DNA of 57,154 nucleotides, filler included, from Basidioascus undulatus (lineage: Eukaryota): the NCBI GenBank assembly GCA_000826855.1. It is 5 parts of 5 records of this genome, joined end to end, with 100 filler letters (N's around TTAATTAATTAA, not from the genome) between each part and the next. Parts side by side here need not be neighbours in the genome. Positions count along the whole stretch, not along the records: positions 22,910 to 34,261 come from JTLS01001018.1; positions 34,362 to 45,708 come from JTLS01001019.1; 3 more parts are not named here. One strand, 5' to 3'. The translations under genes and the position numbers were made by a program. Shown one piece after another: positions 23,562-37,372 of the stretch. Position 1 is the first letter of the stretch, and each line of letters begins with the position of its first letter. The notes below the pieces were generated by a model. That model was not told the DNA's origin, did not search any database, and saw only the letters and a list, made by a program, of their open reading frames with translations.

Positions 23562-24817
23562 TTGTAGTCGGTGGGCGATTTCAGGCTGGAGGGGGAGGTG
23601 GGGATGGTAATATTGATAATGATAGTGCTTGCTTGTGAGGCTTGCCGAGGCAGCGTAATCTTGCGTCGAGCCGCTTCTTCGCTATGCCTCTCTGCTAACG
23701 GAATACATCTTCAATTCCTCTAAAGAGAGACTAGAAGCGTTAAGGCCAAAACATGCATATGACATCTACTGAACGTTTCCGACAGACATGTTCCTCCCAC
23801 GAGAAGATCTGGGAATCCGAAACTTCCGCAACGCTGCCTTCAGCACCTCCGGATACCCCGGACCGTTCTGTGCCATATTTCAAGCTCCACCGAGCCCCTC
23901 AAGGACCCCTCGCCACCAATAATAATCTATAGCAAGCATAATAATCATAGCCATGTCGGAAACAGCCTCGACCTCGACCCGCTCAATGCAAAACGACATT
24001 CGCAGCAGAGCGCAGCGTGCGCCGTACCGGGACAGCGCACTGTCACCACGGTGGTCGGCTCGTGTGGTACGCAGCCTTTATTCTTCTCAAATTACTTCTC
24101 AAAAGCACTTGAAGCTCAGTGAGCCACCGATGGTCCTCAGGTATTCGTCAACGACGAGACAGGCGAGATCGCCGTTTCGCCGCCGCCCGCACCGCCCAAC
24201 CCGAGCGATCGCGACGAGGAGCGCGCACAGGCGGAGGCGCAGGCGCAGGCGAGGGAGCGCGAGGCGCGGGCTGCGGCAAGGAGGGCGGAGATCTCTGCTC
24301 GGTTGAGCAAGGTGCTGAGGGGGTCGGGGATGTTGCATCTTTAGGCAGTGCGAGGGAGGGGGTGGGCGGCTAAGGAGAGGCTGCCGTGGGTGCGAGTTGG
24401 GCGCAACTGAGACCTGATTTTTTACGGCACGCTGTTTGGGAGCTGCCTTGAGCGACACACACCCATGTCTGCGGATAACGCTGCGTCTAGTCGCAGCGGC
24501 CGGAAAGCCCATGCACAGACACGAACGCGGAGGCTAGCGCCAGGGTCTCGAGACTGAGTTCGTTTGTTGTCGATCGATGCTGGCACGAAAGATGGGGGTG
24601 GGTGTGTGGGTGTTGCGAAGCAAGCGCAGCGCGAAGGCATACTAAGTATATAGAGGGAAGGCAAAGAAAGTGAGGATGGAAAGAGCGCAGGATAGACCGG
24701 AATTTGCCCGAATGGTGTGAGGGGAGGGAAAGCGAAGCGCCCGAAGATAGGGGAGATACGCGTGGGGGATAGGAGAGGGCGGAGGGGTAGGGTAGGGGAG
24801 GTGAGGGGCAGATGGGA

Positions 24818-25761
24818 TTAGAGGGAGTCAAGCTGCTGCGAGAGCTCTTCGAGCTCGCGCTTGGAGGTTGCGAGCTTGTCTTGCGCCTCCTGTTGGCATG
24901 AGTTGTGCGTGATGAGCAGGGGCAAGAGAGAGAGAGAGGAAGGTCGAGGGGCGAAGAAGGAAGGATAGGTGGGAGGGAGGCGGGGGATGGGGAATGGGGG
25001 AGATGAGGGAAGGGCGGGATCGAGAGAGCACGGAAGCACGGACCTCGTACTTCTTCTCCCACGCATCGCGCTCCTGCTCCACGCGCTGGACCTGGCGCTC
25101 AAAGTGCTCAGCCTTGATATCGACCTGGCGCAGCCTGGCGAGGGGCAGGGGAGGTGATTAGACGCGTCAGTCACTCGGAAAGTCCAGGCGACGCGACTGG
25201 GTGTCGGGAGTCCCTAGCGCCCCCGTGATGGGGAACCATGGAAGACAGGGGAACGCACTTCTCCGTCGTCTCCTTCAAGTTCTTCTCCGCGTTGTCCAGC
25301 TCGTCCTCCAGCAGGGCAATCTTGCGCGTGAGGCTCTCGGCGGTGGAGCGGTGCGTCTCCTCGTCGTCCTTGAAACCCTTGGCCTCGGCGATGCGCGACT
25401 CGAGCTTCTCCACGTCCTGCTCGAGCAGGCCGTTCTTGTGCAGCAGCGACGCAATCTCCTGCTCCTTCTGCAGGAGCTCCTGCTCATACGTCTTGTTCTT
25501 GGCCTCGGCCGCCTCGGCGCGGTCGACCGCCGCGTCTGCCTCGGCGCGCAGAGAGTTGAGCTTCTGTTGGAGGGGAAGATGGGGGTTGTGAGAGGTCGGG
25601 AGACCTTAGGAATGGGAGATGGAGAGAGGGGGCCAGATCGGGGAGGGGAAAGGCGGACGGACCTCCTTGATCTTGTCCTGTACAAGAGGCGTCGGGAGGA
25701 GAGGGGTCCAGTCAGCCGGGCGTTGAGCCTACGACTCTGAATATATTATGGTGCGCACCAT
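24818..25761 (-). CDS. cdc8: Tropomyosin
   Basis: M|DKIKE|KLNSLRAEADAAVDRAEAAEAKNK...LTRKIALLEDELDNAEKNLKETTEK|LRQVDIKAEHFERQVQRVEQERDAWEKKYE|EAQDKLATSKRELEELSQQLDSL*, matching the fungal tropomyosin pattern. Confidence 0.97.
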
Positions 25762-27473
25762 GGCTAACGGGGAGATATGTGGGGAAGGAGCGATGTGGTG
25801 TTTGTGGCGGGTGGACAGAGAGAAGGGTGAGAGTGCAAGCGGTGCTCGTGCGGATGGGCTCGATCCAAGGTGTGCCAACGCCAGCACGTCCCTGCGACGC
25901 GGCGCGCGCTCGCCGGGCAACTCGAGGGTGAACCGCGGAACGTCCGCTGCGGAGCGAAAAGACAAAACTCGCCTCTCCATCTCCCTCCATCTCCCAGTCT
26001 TCTTCCATTTCCGTCAATCCCCATCGCCTCTCCTTTTCATGTCTTCTCGACCTCGGTTTCCCATCACTAGATCATGCCATGTCATTTCACCCGTTCACAT
26101 GCATCCATGCACACATCCACATCCGTCTGCATTCGTGAGCTCGCCATCTCCCACTTTCTTCCCTTCTTCCCTTCTTTCCACCCCCGCAAACATCCACCGC
26201 GACTTTTATCTGTCCCCAACGGGGTCCACCCACCCGTCGGGAACTAAACTAGGTCGCAAGAGCATCCCCTACGCCTCTTGCAGATCGCTCCCGCCTTTCT
26301 TTACCCCGTGGCGGACGCGTTTTGAAGAGGGGCGACATCTCATTCATTTGCAGCTCCGGTGGTTGAGGAGGGCGCGGTTGGGGCGGAACGGTGGAAGGGG
26401 TTGGGGAAGTAGGACGTGCGACGTATCGGGTACCTCGCTGCGTAGTGACCATACACCTGCTCTTCCTCGAACACCTCTCATATGCCGCATGCACGCCCAG
26501 AGTTCATCCATCCGCCCATCTCATTTTGACGATGTCTACCACGGTCTTCGCACGGCTTTAGAACTACCAAAGTATTCGTGTCCCGAATACCGGATCTGTG
26601 ACGCGCGATCAGAGGCTTGCACACCTCTGCATACATTCATGACATTTTGTATTCCCCTCTAAGACTTCTTGTATGCTCTGTACTCGAAGCTGCTCGAACA
26701 GAACGTCCGATGCTTGCTTGCCATTCAGCGTGCCGCCCACAAGTCTTTCCTGCCCTGCGCCTGCTCACTCCGGTTTGGCATGTTTTCAGCCCCCACTTAG
26801 ACACGGGGAATTTTGCTCCTGGGCAGTATACGTGCCGGCGGGTAGCTTTGAATGGGTCCTGGCTGAGAGTGAGACCGTCACAGTGGAGCTGGGCAGCGCA
26901 CCAGAGGTACCAAAGGAGGGCCGGACACAGGTGTTCCTTCCACTTTGTTGTCTCAAAAGGACATCCTGTATGAGGGACCGCATAGGGTGCACAGCAACAT
27001 GCATGTCCGCAGTTCCGGTAATACAGCATGGCACTTGAGCACAGCTGGTGCTATCGCTTCTCAGTAATTCAACATAAGGACAGATCTGGACCATCAGCAT
27101 GAGTTAAAGGAAAATCTACTGTGATGAAAATTGAATAAGTCAGCCAGTACCCTGGGAGGATGAGGTCTGCCTAGTGAGAAGTGGTGCACTAAGCACCCAA
27201 GCTGGTACGGCAGGCGCAGATAAACTGTTCAAATGGTTGTGGGTAGTTGGCCCCAAGGTTGCAATACATGTAAATATAGATGGATAAAGAGAAGTTGTAA
27301 ATTCAGGGCCTCATAGTACACTGAGGTAGTATGCACAGGGTTCCGAGGTGGCCGCCTGCGAATGGCATGAACCAGACAGAAGATGCAAGTGGAATAAACT
27401 TGCACCAGTTACCAGAGGTGCCCGGAGTCAGCTGTTTGCTCGCATCCACCATTTTTGAGGGAAGGACACACTC

Positions 27474-27549
27474 TCGGGATTGCAGGTTCGATTCCTGCAT
27501 CAGTCAAGGCCGGCTGGCTCAATGGTAGAGTATCTGACTACAACTTTTT
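27474..27549 (+). other. Permuted tRNA-like sequence (3' half upstream of 5' half), probably from tRNA-Arg(ACG), degenerate
   Basis: T-arm GCAGG-TTCGATT-CCTGC (27482-27498), then acceptor 3' strand ATCAGTC and A (27499-27506), one extra A, then the 5' half GGCCGGC-TG-GCTC-AATGGTA-GAGT-A-TCTGA-CT-ACA-A (27508-27543) followed by CTTTTT. Confidence 0.75.
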
Positions 27550-28630
27550 GCCCACCTGTTTGCCACATAATACTAGCTTTGTGTTGTTTATAAAGCCTCC
27601 TTTTCAGTTGTTGAACTGGCTTTCAGCTTTGGCCAGGCTGTGGCAGAATTGGCAGTCAGACAGCTTTAGCCTGATCATGTCAATGTGACCATCGCTGCTT
27701 GGAGCTAATTGCATGGCTTAAAATGCATCCTCTTCCCAGGCCTTGTCTATGCCTTTATCTAGGCCTGTGTGCATGTTGAGTCTGAACCAAAGCTTTTCTG
27801 CTATCCTGATCAAAACAGCTAGCCTACTCTATAGACAGGGGTGAGTTATACTAAAGTTACCCAAAGTACAAACAGCCACAGTCAAGCACTGTGCACAAGT
27901 TGCTCCAGCCTCAAGCTGTGCCCATCCTACATGTAAGACTGTTGTTGCAGTGCCTTACAGCCATGTTCTGAAAAGAGTGCTGGGCACTTTGACTATGTCC
28001 AGTTGCATGAGTGGCCCAGAGGGAGAACAATTGTGTCACAGGCAACCATATGTCTGCAGAAAGTCCCCTTGCAGGTCTGTTTTACCTGTATGTTCTGGAA
28101 CTGTTGACACATAAGCTGATCATGTGAGAAATGAAAGCCTACACACCTCACATGGGTATACCAAGTCAGTTGCCTACACGTGATGTTTAACAGTGGCCAC
28201 CCTGATTCAAATTTCTGGCATTGATTCTACTACCTAGAAGGTCATCATGGCTGCACTCTGGGCTGTGCATGTTCAAAACTGAAGACTCACTGAGAAATAG
28301 CATAGAAGCAAGGTCCCAATAGGCAGGCAACAGGACATCTCAGTCACTGTGCAACCACTCCCAACTTGAAGCACACTACATTGTGTGGGGTTTTTCAACT
28401 TTAACCAACTGAAGCCAACACTCTCTTGGCACCTGCTCAGCTTGTAGACACCCAAACAATTGATTCTTCAGTGCCTTGACTCTGTTCCATCCTGGAGGAT
28501 CCAAGCCACCCTCTGTGGCTGTGACTCTACTCTGAGCATCTCACACAGTTGCACCTTTCTTTAAGCCATGAATGAGCATGGGCATGTGTTGCAAGGGTAA
28601 ATATTATGACTGTAAACATTCAGTCATAAT
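27550..28630. mobile_element. CpG-depleted, TpG/CpA-rich block; probable methylation/RIP-decayed repeat relic
   Basis: Only about two CG dinucleotides seen by eye in ~1.1 kb, in an otherwise CG-rich genome. There are no long ORFs, and the element family is not identifiable. Confidence 0.5.
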
Positions 28631-28726
28631 ATTTGCATCGTGCTGGCTTACTAGCTCATCTTGCATGAGCTGTCCGTTGGTCTGCCTCTTGCTGAGCCAA
28701 AATGAGGTTCCACAAGCAAAAGAGAC

Positions 28727-28808
28727 TGCGTCGTCCGGGAATCGAACCCGGTTCTCCGCCTGTCTGGAAGATGGGAAAGCGAAATCATAACCATTAGACC
28801 AACGACGC
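28727..28808 (-). tRNA. tRNA-Gly(CCC) with a ~10-nt intron at 37/38
   Basis: GCGTCGT-TG-GTCT-AATGGTTA-TGAT-T-TCGCT-TT-CCC-A-[TCTTCCAGAC]-A-GGCGG-AGAA-CCGGG-TTCGATT-CCCGG-ACGACGC-A, with a perfect acceptor stem and T stem and TTTT downstream. Confidence 0.92.
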
Positions 28809-31046
28809 CTTATTTTTGCATTGTAGGGGACTGAAGTACAGTGAGAGGCCGGCAAAGCACCCTGACCTCAACTGGTCCCTTTTGTGAATAACAAGCAGGG
28901 CACTGAATATTACTCCGGCTATTAAACTGAATAATATATAAGTACATTCTGTCCAACTGTGGCTGGGAATGCAGAATCAACGGGCAGTCCGGGAGGGGGT
29001 CGAAACGGAGGCTGCGCACCCTGACCTTGAACCTGAATGGTGACACTCAACTCCTCACCGACGCATTAGCCGGGTGAAATTAGGTTGTAACTTTCAAAGT
29101 AATCTTTGGATTTCCCACCGCAACACCCAACAGGTGTAGCGAGCGTTTGGAGAGTAGTGTGCGGGTGACACCCCGGCCCCAAGTCCACAAGCCGACACCC
29201 ACAAGTTGGCGAATATAGGTCCTCTTATTCCAGTTAAAATACTGGGGTCAAAATAATTAGAAAATTGGTCCTGGCTTGGTCTGAAACCCTCACAGGCGCG
29301 TAGTATTAGACTGACGCATAAAGCTGTGGAAGGCTTGCTCTGCCCCCTGAAAGCGCAGATGAATGTCCGCAGTGAATGAGGAGAATACACTGGAAAATGA
29401 AGCTGGTGGAATACGACTGCGCCAGAGCAGGCAGTGAAGGTAAGAGCACATGGTTCGAAGGCGACACGTATAGGGGTGCTCCCGAAGGGCGATCAGGATC
29501 TGCGGTGAATGTACTCGAGCTTCTCAGGCCCTTTCTTTAGTCCCTCTGGGGACGGACGTGGTCTGGCCCCTGTGGGGAGCACAGAAGATCCAGGGCTCGA
29601 GAACGTACTCAGCTTTTCGAGTTTTCTGCTGCCGCCTGCTGGATGTTTTGCAGTCGTGTTGCGACATTGGCGGTGCATGGCCCAGAACAGCCTGCCGTCG
29701 TAGTTTGTAGATTTGTAGAATGTTGACCTACTCTTCATAATCTCATCTTTGGTAACTCTCGGTTGCACTGCTCACCAAGGCGCAGTCACAGATGCGACAG
29801 AGGCCGATCGCGGTCACATGACATGCAGACGGGCACGGCGATGTGGCTGTGAGCGACGACGACGCTGCGACTCCAGATTGGATCAGCTTGAAAGTGTATT
29901 GAAAACCCGTCGTATTCTTTGTTGCTGTGATGATGAGGCGTAACGCCTCGTACATCTCGCAAACTAAACTTGCCTTCTGTGATTCACTGCCGACGGTCGT
30001 TGGTCTGTTGTGGTCTGCTCTCTTTTTTTCGTCTTTGCTTTGTCCTTGGCGAGCAGGGCGAACAGCAACCCAGATGCCCTCTGGGCAGGCCGTCTCACCA
30101 AAATATTCATGGCTCGCTGATTCACTGTGACTGTCCACTGTGACTGTCCAGACAAGGTGATGAAGCTGCCAACAGGAGCAGGACGACCACCAAAGCTATA
30201 AGCTATTTCATCAAGACGCCCAAGACACACTGTAACGCTCTTTTTTCCATCCGTCGCTTCGTCCAAACCCGCGCCCAGCGCGCTGTAAGGTTTCATTATG
30301 GATAGCGTTGAGGTTGACTTGAGTTACGTCGCTTCGAGTACCGAGCGGACAAGACCGGACTCCAGAATTTTCTGTTTCGACCACAGAGCATGGCGGCACG
30401 GGTACTTCGACGCATGGACGGAGGAATAGAAGGCACCATGAGCTTGCATGAGCGTTGATTATGATGAGTGCGACGTTGATGCACGGCCCTTTTTGCAGAG
30501 AGCGTTCGGCGGAGCATCCGGATTTCAGGCCTCGGGCCAGCTGAGTATTTTAACCAAGCAAAGATTGCCACCGACATGGTCGATCGTTAAGTGCTGGAGA
30601 CTCCCATACAGCTCTGGATCAGTGGAGCGAAGTACACGTCTGTTGAGGCGGGGCGAATATTACAGTAGCACAGCCAAAGCACTGGGTGGAGTGTTATTAT
30701 TGTTTAAAGGTCGCAATGCACAAAAAATAATGCCAATATGTGGTGATCGAGGGCGAACCCACAAAATCGGCGAAACTGCGCGCGTGCCTGGACGGTGAGG
30801 CCGACTCGACAGGCATGATACCTCTTTCCGTCTTTCCATCTCTCCGTTCGCGTTCCCCATCCCCGCCCTTTCCCCGCCGCTCCCCGCCCGTGTCGCGGCG
30901 CCCCCGACGCTCCCGACGCGTTAAGCACCCCATCCCGACGCCTGCGCTCGCCAACCCGCACGTCCCAAGCCGACCCCAGAGCATCCGCGTGCCCCACCAC
31001 CCGCCCCGCGGGCCTCTCCCTACCACTCGCTTCCTCCCCGGTCGCC

Positions 31047-34000
31047 ATGGCGGACCCTAACGCTGGCGGGCTGCCCAACGGGATGCCTAACCTCTCCAAT
31101 CTCGCGCCGGACGCCCAGCGCGCGGTCCTCGCCCGTCTGTTCCAGCAGCAACAGCAGGCAGCCGCCGCGGCCGCTGGGGGGGCTGCTGCCCAGATGTCTG
31201 CTCAGCAGCGCCAGCAGGTCAGTCCTCCGCTCTTTTCCTACCCGCCTGCGCTCTATAGGACGGGTGTGGACGTCGGGGACGTAGGGGACTTCGGCGTGGC
31301 GTGGCTCGGAGGGCATGCTCGGTGCTTCGCATCGCCACAAAGCGAAGAACGACCTCGTCCGCACTCGGCGTTCCCTCCTCGTTCCACCGGGACGACCGGT
31401 CCCGCCTAACCGAGTGATGCATTATTGACGCCACCTATTATTTTCTTTCCTCCGCAGGCGATGATTTCGCACCTCGCGCGCATGCAACAGCAGCAGCAGC
31501 TTGCACAGCAGCAGGCCGTCGGCGGCAGCGCCGCTCCTCCCCAACACTTCCCCGCCGGCCTCGTCCCTCCTCAGCCGGGCCAGCCGCAGCAGCAGGCACC
31601 GGGTATGATGCCGCAGGGCCAACCTCAGCCGCAACAGCAGCAGCAGCCCGGGTTCGCCGGGATGAATCAGGCGACGCTCCAACAGGTCATTCAGCTGGCG
31701 AAGAACGGCCAGCTCAACCAGCAGCAGATGGACCAGGTGAGAGACTATTGGCATTTTCTGGGTTGAGCGGGGACGGGATCGGAGAGGGCGTGAAGGCACG
31801 GCGTTTTCGGGGGTTTGACATTGCTGACGCGTTCCTGGTTCTCCTCGAATGCAGCTCGGCAAAGTCCTGCACGCCCGCCAGGCGAACGTCCAGCAGGTCC
31901 AGCAGGCGCAGCAGCAGGCCGCCCGTCAGGCACAGGCCGGCGTCGCGCCTCCGGGCGGCCTCCAGCTGCAGCCGGGGCAGCTTCAAGTCGCGCGGACGCT
32001 GCAGCAGAAGATTGCCGCGATCGAGCAGCAGCTCAACAACCCAGCGCTCCCGCCTCAGGAGCGCGACCAGCTACGCAAGAGCTTCGAGGACGCCAAGTCG
32101 ATGCAGAACGTCTTCCTCTCCCAGCTCCGTGCTGGTGTTGCCGGTGCCACTCCACAGTGAGTGCTTTGCTCTGGCGTCTGGGTTGTCGCGGTGGAAGGGG
32201 GACTGACCGCCTTCCTATGCTTGCGTAGACAACACGCCAACGCCTCACCGGCGATGCAGCACGCCTTCCCCCAGCCCGACCCGTCAGCCGCGCTCGGCGC
32301 GTCTCCGCAAGGCGGGCCCGCCGCCCCTCAGCCGGGATGGCCGGGGCAGCCCGGCGCGCCGCACGCGCAAGCGCAAGGGATGCTGCACATGGGCGGACCG
32401 CCGCCGCCAGATCAAGGGCAACACAACAACATGCTCGGGCTCGGCCTGCACGTCCCGCCCGGCCAGCAGTCGCAGATCCCCGGACGGCCGCCCTCGGCGC
32501 AGGCGATGCAGCCGCAGCCACACAAGCCGGCGCCGTCGCCGCAGATGCGCCCGGCGGCACCGCTCGTGCCCGGCTTGCCCGGCGGCGTACCGCAGCTCCA
32601 GCCGGAGAACTTTTTGAAGGCGCTGGTAGACCTTATGAAGAAGCGCGGGACGCCGATCGAGAAACTGCCGGAGGTCGAGGGCAAGGGCATCGACCTGCAC
32701 AAGCTCTACATGTGCGTGATGCAGTACGGCGGTAGTCAAGAGGTGCGTTATTCTACTGCTAGTGCGACGGGTGGGGAGTGGCGAAGCTGAATATGTGTCG
32801 GCTTCGACGGTGCAGGTCAACCGGCACGGCTACTGGGCGATCATCGCCGCACAGATCGGCTTCCCGCCACAGACGGCGCTCCCGAACGAGGTCCCGCGGA
32901 CAAACCCGCAGACGGCGCAGGCGATCTCGAAGGTGTATCTTGAGTACCTTGCGCCGTTCGAGCAGATCTGGATCAAGGCGCTGCAGGATCAGGTCGCGCG
33001 ACGCGCCGCCCAGGCCGCCGCCATCGGGCACGCGCCGCCGCACCAGCGCCCGCCGCAGGGCTTCCCTCCTCAACCTCCCCACGTCCCCCTCCCTCCACCG
33101 CCCCAGGGCGTCGCCCCTCCGCCCGCCGCCGCCGCCGCTGCTGACGCTGCGGCGAACGCCCACACCCCCGGCGTCTCCGCTCCCGTCGCGCCTCAAGGCT
33201 CGAACGACGCGAACATCATGGCGACACTGAGCACCATGACCGACGACCAGCTCCGGAGCTTCGGCCTTCAGCCGGAGCAGATCGCGCAGATCCGCCGCAC
33301 CCAGTCGCAAACGCCTCAACAACCACCTCAACAGCAGCAGCAGCAGCAGCAGCAGCAGTCGTCACGAGCGCAGTCGACCGTGCCAGTCGCGCCGTCCCCG
33401 CAGATGCAGACGCAGCAGCCGCAGCCGACGCCGACGCACGCGAACCTCGGCAACGGCATGCAGCAGCCCTTCGGGCAGGCGCCGCCCGGCGGCACGTTCC
33501 CCGGCGTGCTCGCTGGCGTGCCGATGCCTGGCATGCCGGGCGTGCCGGGAATACCTGGTATGCCTCCCGGGCAGGGCCCGAGGCCGGTCATGCCAACGAA
33601 GGAGAAGCTCGCTCAGGCGATCCAGATCATCAAGAACATGCAGGCGGCGATCAACCAGTCGCGGCGTGAGTGGTCACCCGTTTCGTTGCATGCTAGCGCG
33701 CTCACGCTGATCGTTTCTGTCACAGCCCCGACCAACTCTCAACCGAATCTCTCGGTCCAGGAGCAGGACGCGATCATCCAGCTCTGCCGCGACATGGACC
33801 CCGTCATCACGCCGCTCGAAAACCTCCTCCCCTTCTTCCTCTGTCTCACCGGTCAGCTCGAAGCGACGAAGAAGATCTGCTTCATGGTTGGTCCAGTCTC
33901 ACCGATGCGGTCGCCTGCCTTCCGCTTAGCGGCTGACATCGTGTGTCCCTTCCCCAGACCGTCTGCTACCGCCAGCAGACGGCGATGCTGCCGTCGCGCC

Positions 34001-34261
34001 AGTTCAACTTCACGCACGAGGACCTGTCGAAGATGCGCGTCCAGCTCGCGCGCTGCTACATGTTCGTGCGGAACCAGCTCAAGACCGCCGCGGACCAAGG
34101 CGTCCCGCTCCCGGCGAGCTTGAATGTCTACATGAACCCCGTCGGGCAGGCGGCTCCCACGCCGGACGCAGGGCAGCAGCAGCAACAGCAGCAACAACAG
34201 CAGCAACAACAACTGCAGCAGCAGCAACAGCAACAGCAGCAGCAGCAGGCCGCACAACGCA
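31047..34261 (+). CDS. Gln/Pro-rich ARID (BRIGHT) domain protein, 3'-truncated by the contig end
   Basis: ENFLKALVDLMKKRGTPIEKLPEVEGKGIDLHKLYMCVMQYGGSQE|VNRHGYWAIIAAQIGF...AQAISKVYLEYLAPFEQIW is an ARID signature. The gene has several GT-AG introns and polyQ tracts. Confidence 0.9.
34173..34247 (+). repeat. CAG/CAA trinucleotide repeat (polyglutamine)
   Basis: Run of CAG/CAA codons just before the contig break. A shorter CAG run lies at ~33332-33358. Confidence 0.95.
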
Positions 34262-34361
34262 NNNNNNNNNNNNNNNNNNNNNNNNNNNNNNNNNNNNNNN
34301 NNNNNTTAATTAATTAANNNNNNNNNNNNNNNNNNNNNNNNNNNNNNNNNNNNNNNNNNNN
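34262..34361. other. Artificial contig spacer
   Basis: N44-TTAATTAATTAA-N44. Confidence 0.99.
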
Positions 34362-34992
34362 GTAGAGGACGTTGCGGGAGGACAGGGATGGGAGGACGAG
34401 GGGATGCAATGCGGATGCGGTGCACACTGGCAGTGTTGAGTTGAGGCGCGTCGTTCAGGGACGGGAGCGCCGGACGCGAGGGGGCCATTTCGGCGAGGGG
34501 AATTCACGGTTGCGATTCGGATGAGGACTGGGGTCGCAGTGCTGCCTTAGGTATCCTCGGCTAAAAAAGGTTTGGTATGTCCTTCTTATTGGGGAAGACG
34601 AGCGCAGGAACTCCGTTTTGACAATCTGAAGTCCAACTAAAGCGGCTCAGTGTCCGGGCTTGCGACTGGGCCTGCAGGAGCGCTGCCGGACTCCCCTGAG
34701 ATGCCAGACTCTTTGCTGAATTGCCTTGCTCGTTGCTCGTTCTCAAATTCGACGTCCTACTGATTGAGAGCAAGTTGCTTCATCAGAAACCCTGATGTGT
34801 CAAATTCGATGTAGAAGTGTACTGTGCAGCGACTTTCAAGCAGCGACTTCCAAGCTCACTGCAATCGCCGACCGCCATATCACCCCTCCGAAAGCCTCCT
34901 GCGCACTTCCAACTGACCTCACTTCGCGTTTCCTGTCTTCCTCCTTAACACAACCCGCGCGTCTCTTCCCCCCACACCGCGTCCAACCCACC

Positions 34993-36446
<1,454 letters not shown>

Positions 36447-37372
36447 ACGCGCTCGCCCTGCCTTCTCCCTCCCTTCCCCTTGCCCCCCTCTCGCGCATCC
36501 CCCACCTCTATCCCGCGCCCGTCCGCCCGCCTCGGCGCCCCTCTAAAATTCTGCGCATTATTTTTCGAGCATCGCATGATACCCCCTTTGTTGGAGATAG
36601 GATGGATGAGATGTGGAGGGCGGGCATGGGGAGGGGGGGATGAAAGGGGAGAGGGGAGAGGGAGACGAGGGAGGGTTGGGAGGGAGGCGTAAGGGGACAA
36701 GGGGAGAATGAGAAGGGGTAATTAAGGATTGTTGTAGTTGTACGGTTTAATCGCGCTGGAAGAAAGAAAGGTGCATGGGTCGTTTTGACGCGCCTGGCGG
36801 TCTGGGGGTTGGGCGTCGGGAGAAGGGTGCGCTGGGCACACTACTCGAGCGCTGCGACTGTGCCCTTAGGCTGGCTGTCTGGACGTCGATGTCGTACGGC
36901 GGGCGTTGGCACGATCAATGCAAGTCGAATGAAGGACTCCGTTGCGGGCTTGCAACGTCATAGTCAGGGAGCTGACTGCCGTCACTTTCATGTTGTGTTG
37001 CGCAAGGTCCGCTTCGCAATCACCGGGACTCGTACGTCCAAGGCACGTTGACGATGAAGCTGCTGCTCGCGGAGATCCCAGCATGCGGGGCCGGGGCAGG
37101 GGATCAGCTCCTCCTGGCACTCAACCACGTCGACTTTTCACTGGTTTCTCCAAGCTATTTTAAGGCCGCTCAATCGGACCCAAAGACGCAAGTTACGATC
37201 CACGCATAGTTAGGGTGCGCCGAGAACCATACGGCACGTTCATGAAGTTGCTGCAGGCTCATTAGGTGTGAGCATTTGTGGATCACGAGTGCCTGAGACG
37301 CAGCAAGGCTAGAAAGGGAATGTGATAAAAGTAGTGTAGTAACGCGAGCGGTGAGAATCTATTATGGAGGAC

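Noticed and set aside
25748..26662. 304-aa plus-strand ORF
   Set aside because: It is a low-complexity promoter/UTR-like sequence starting antisense to the tropomyosin start, with no codon bias or recognisable domain.
29100..30700. Possible degraded gene fragments between tRNA-Gly and the ARID gene
   Set aside because: Could not assign a family or a consistent frame by eye.
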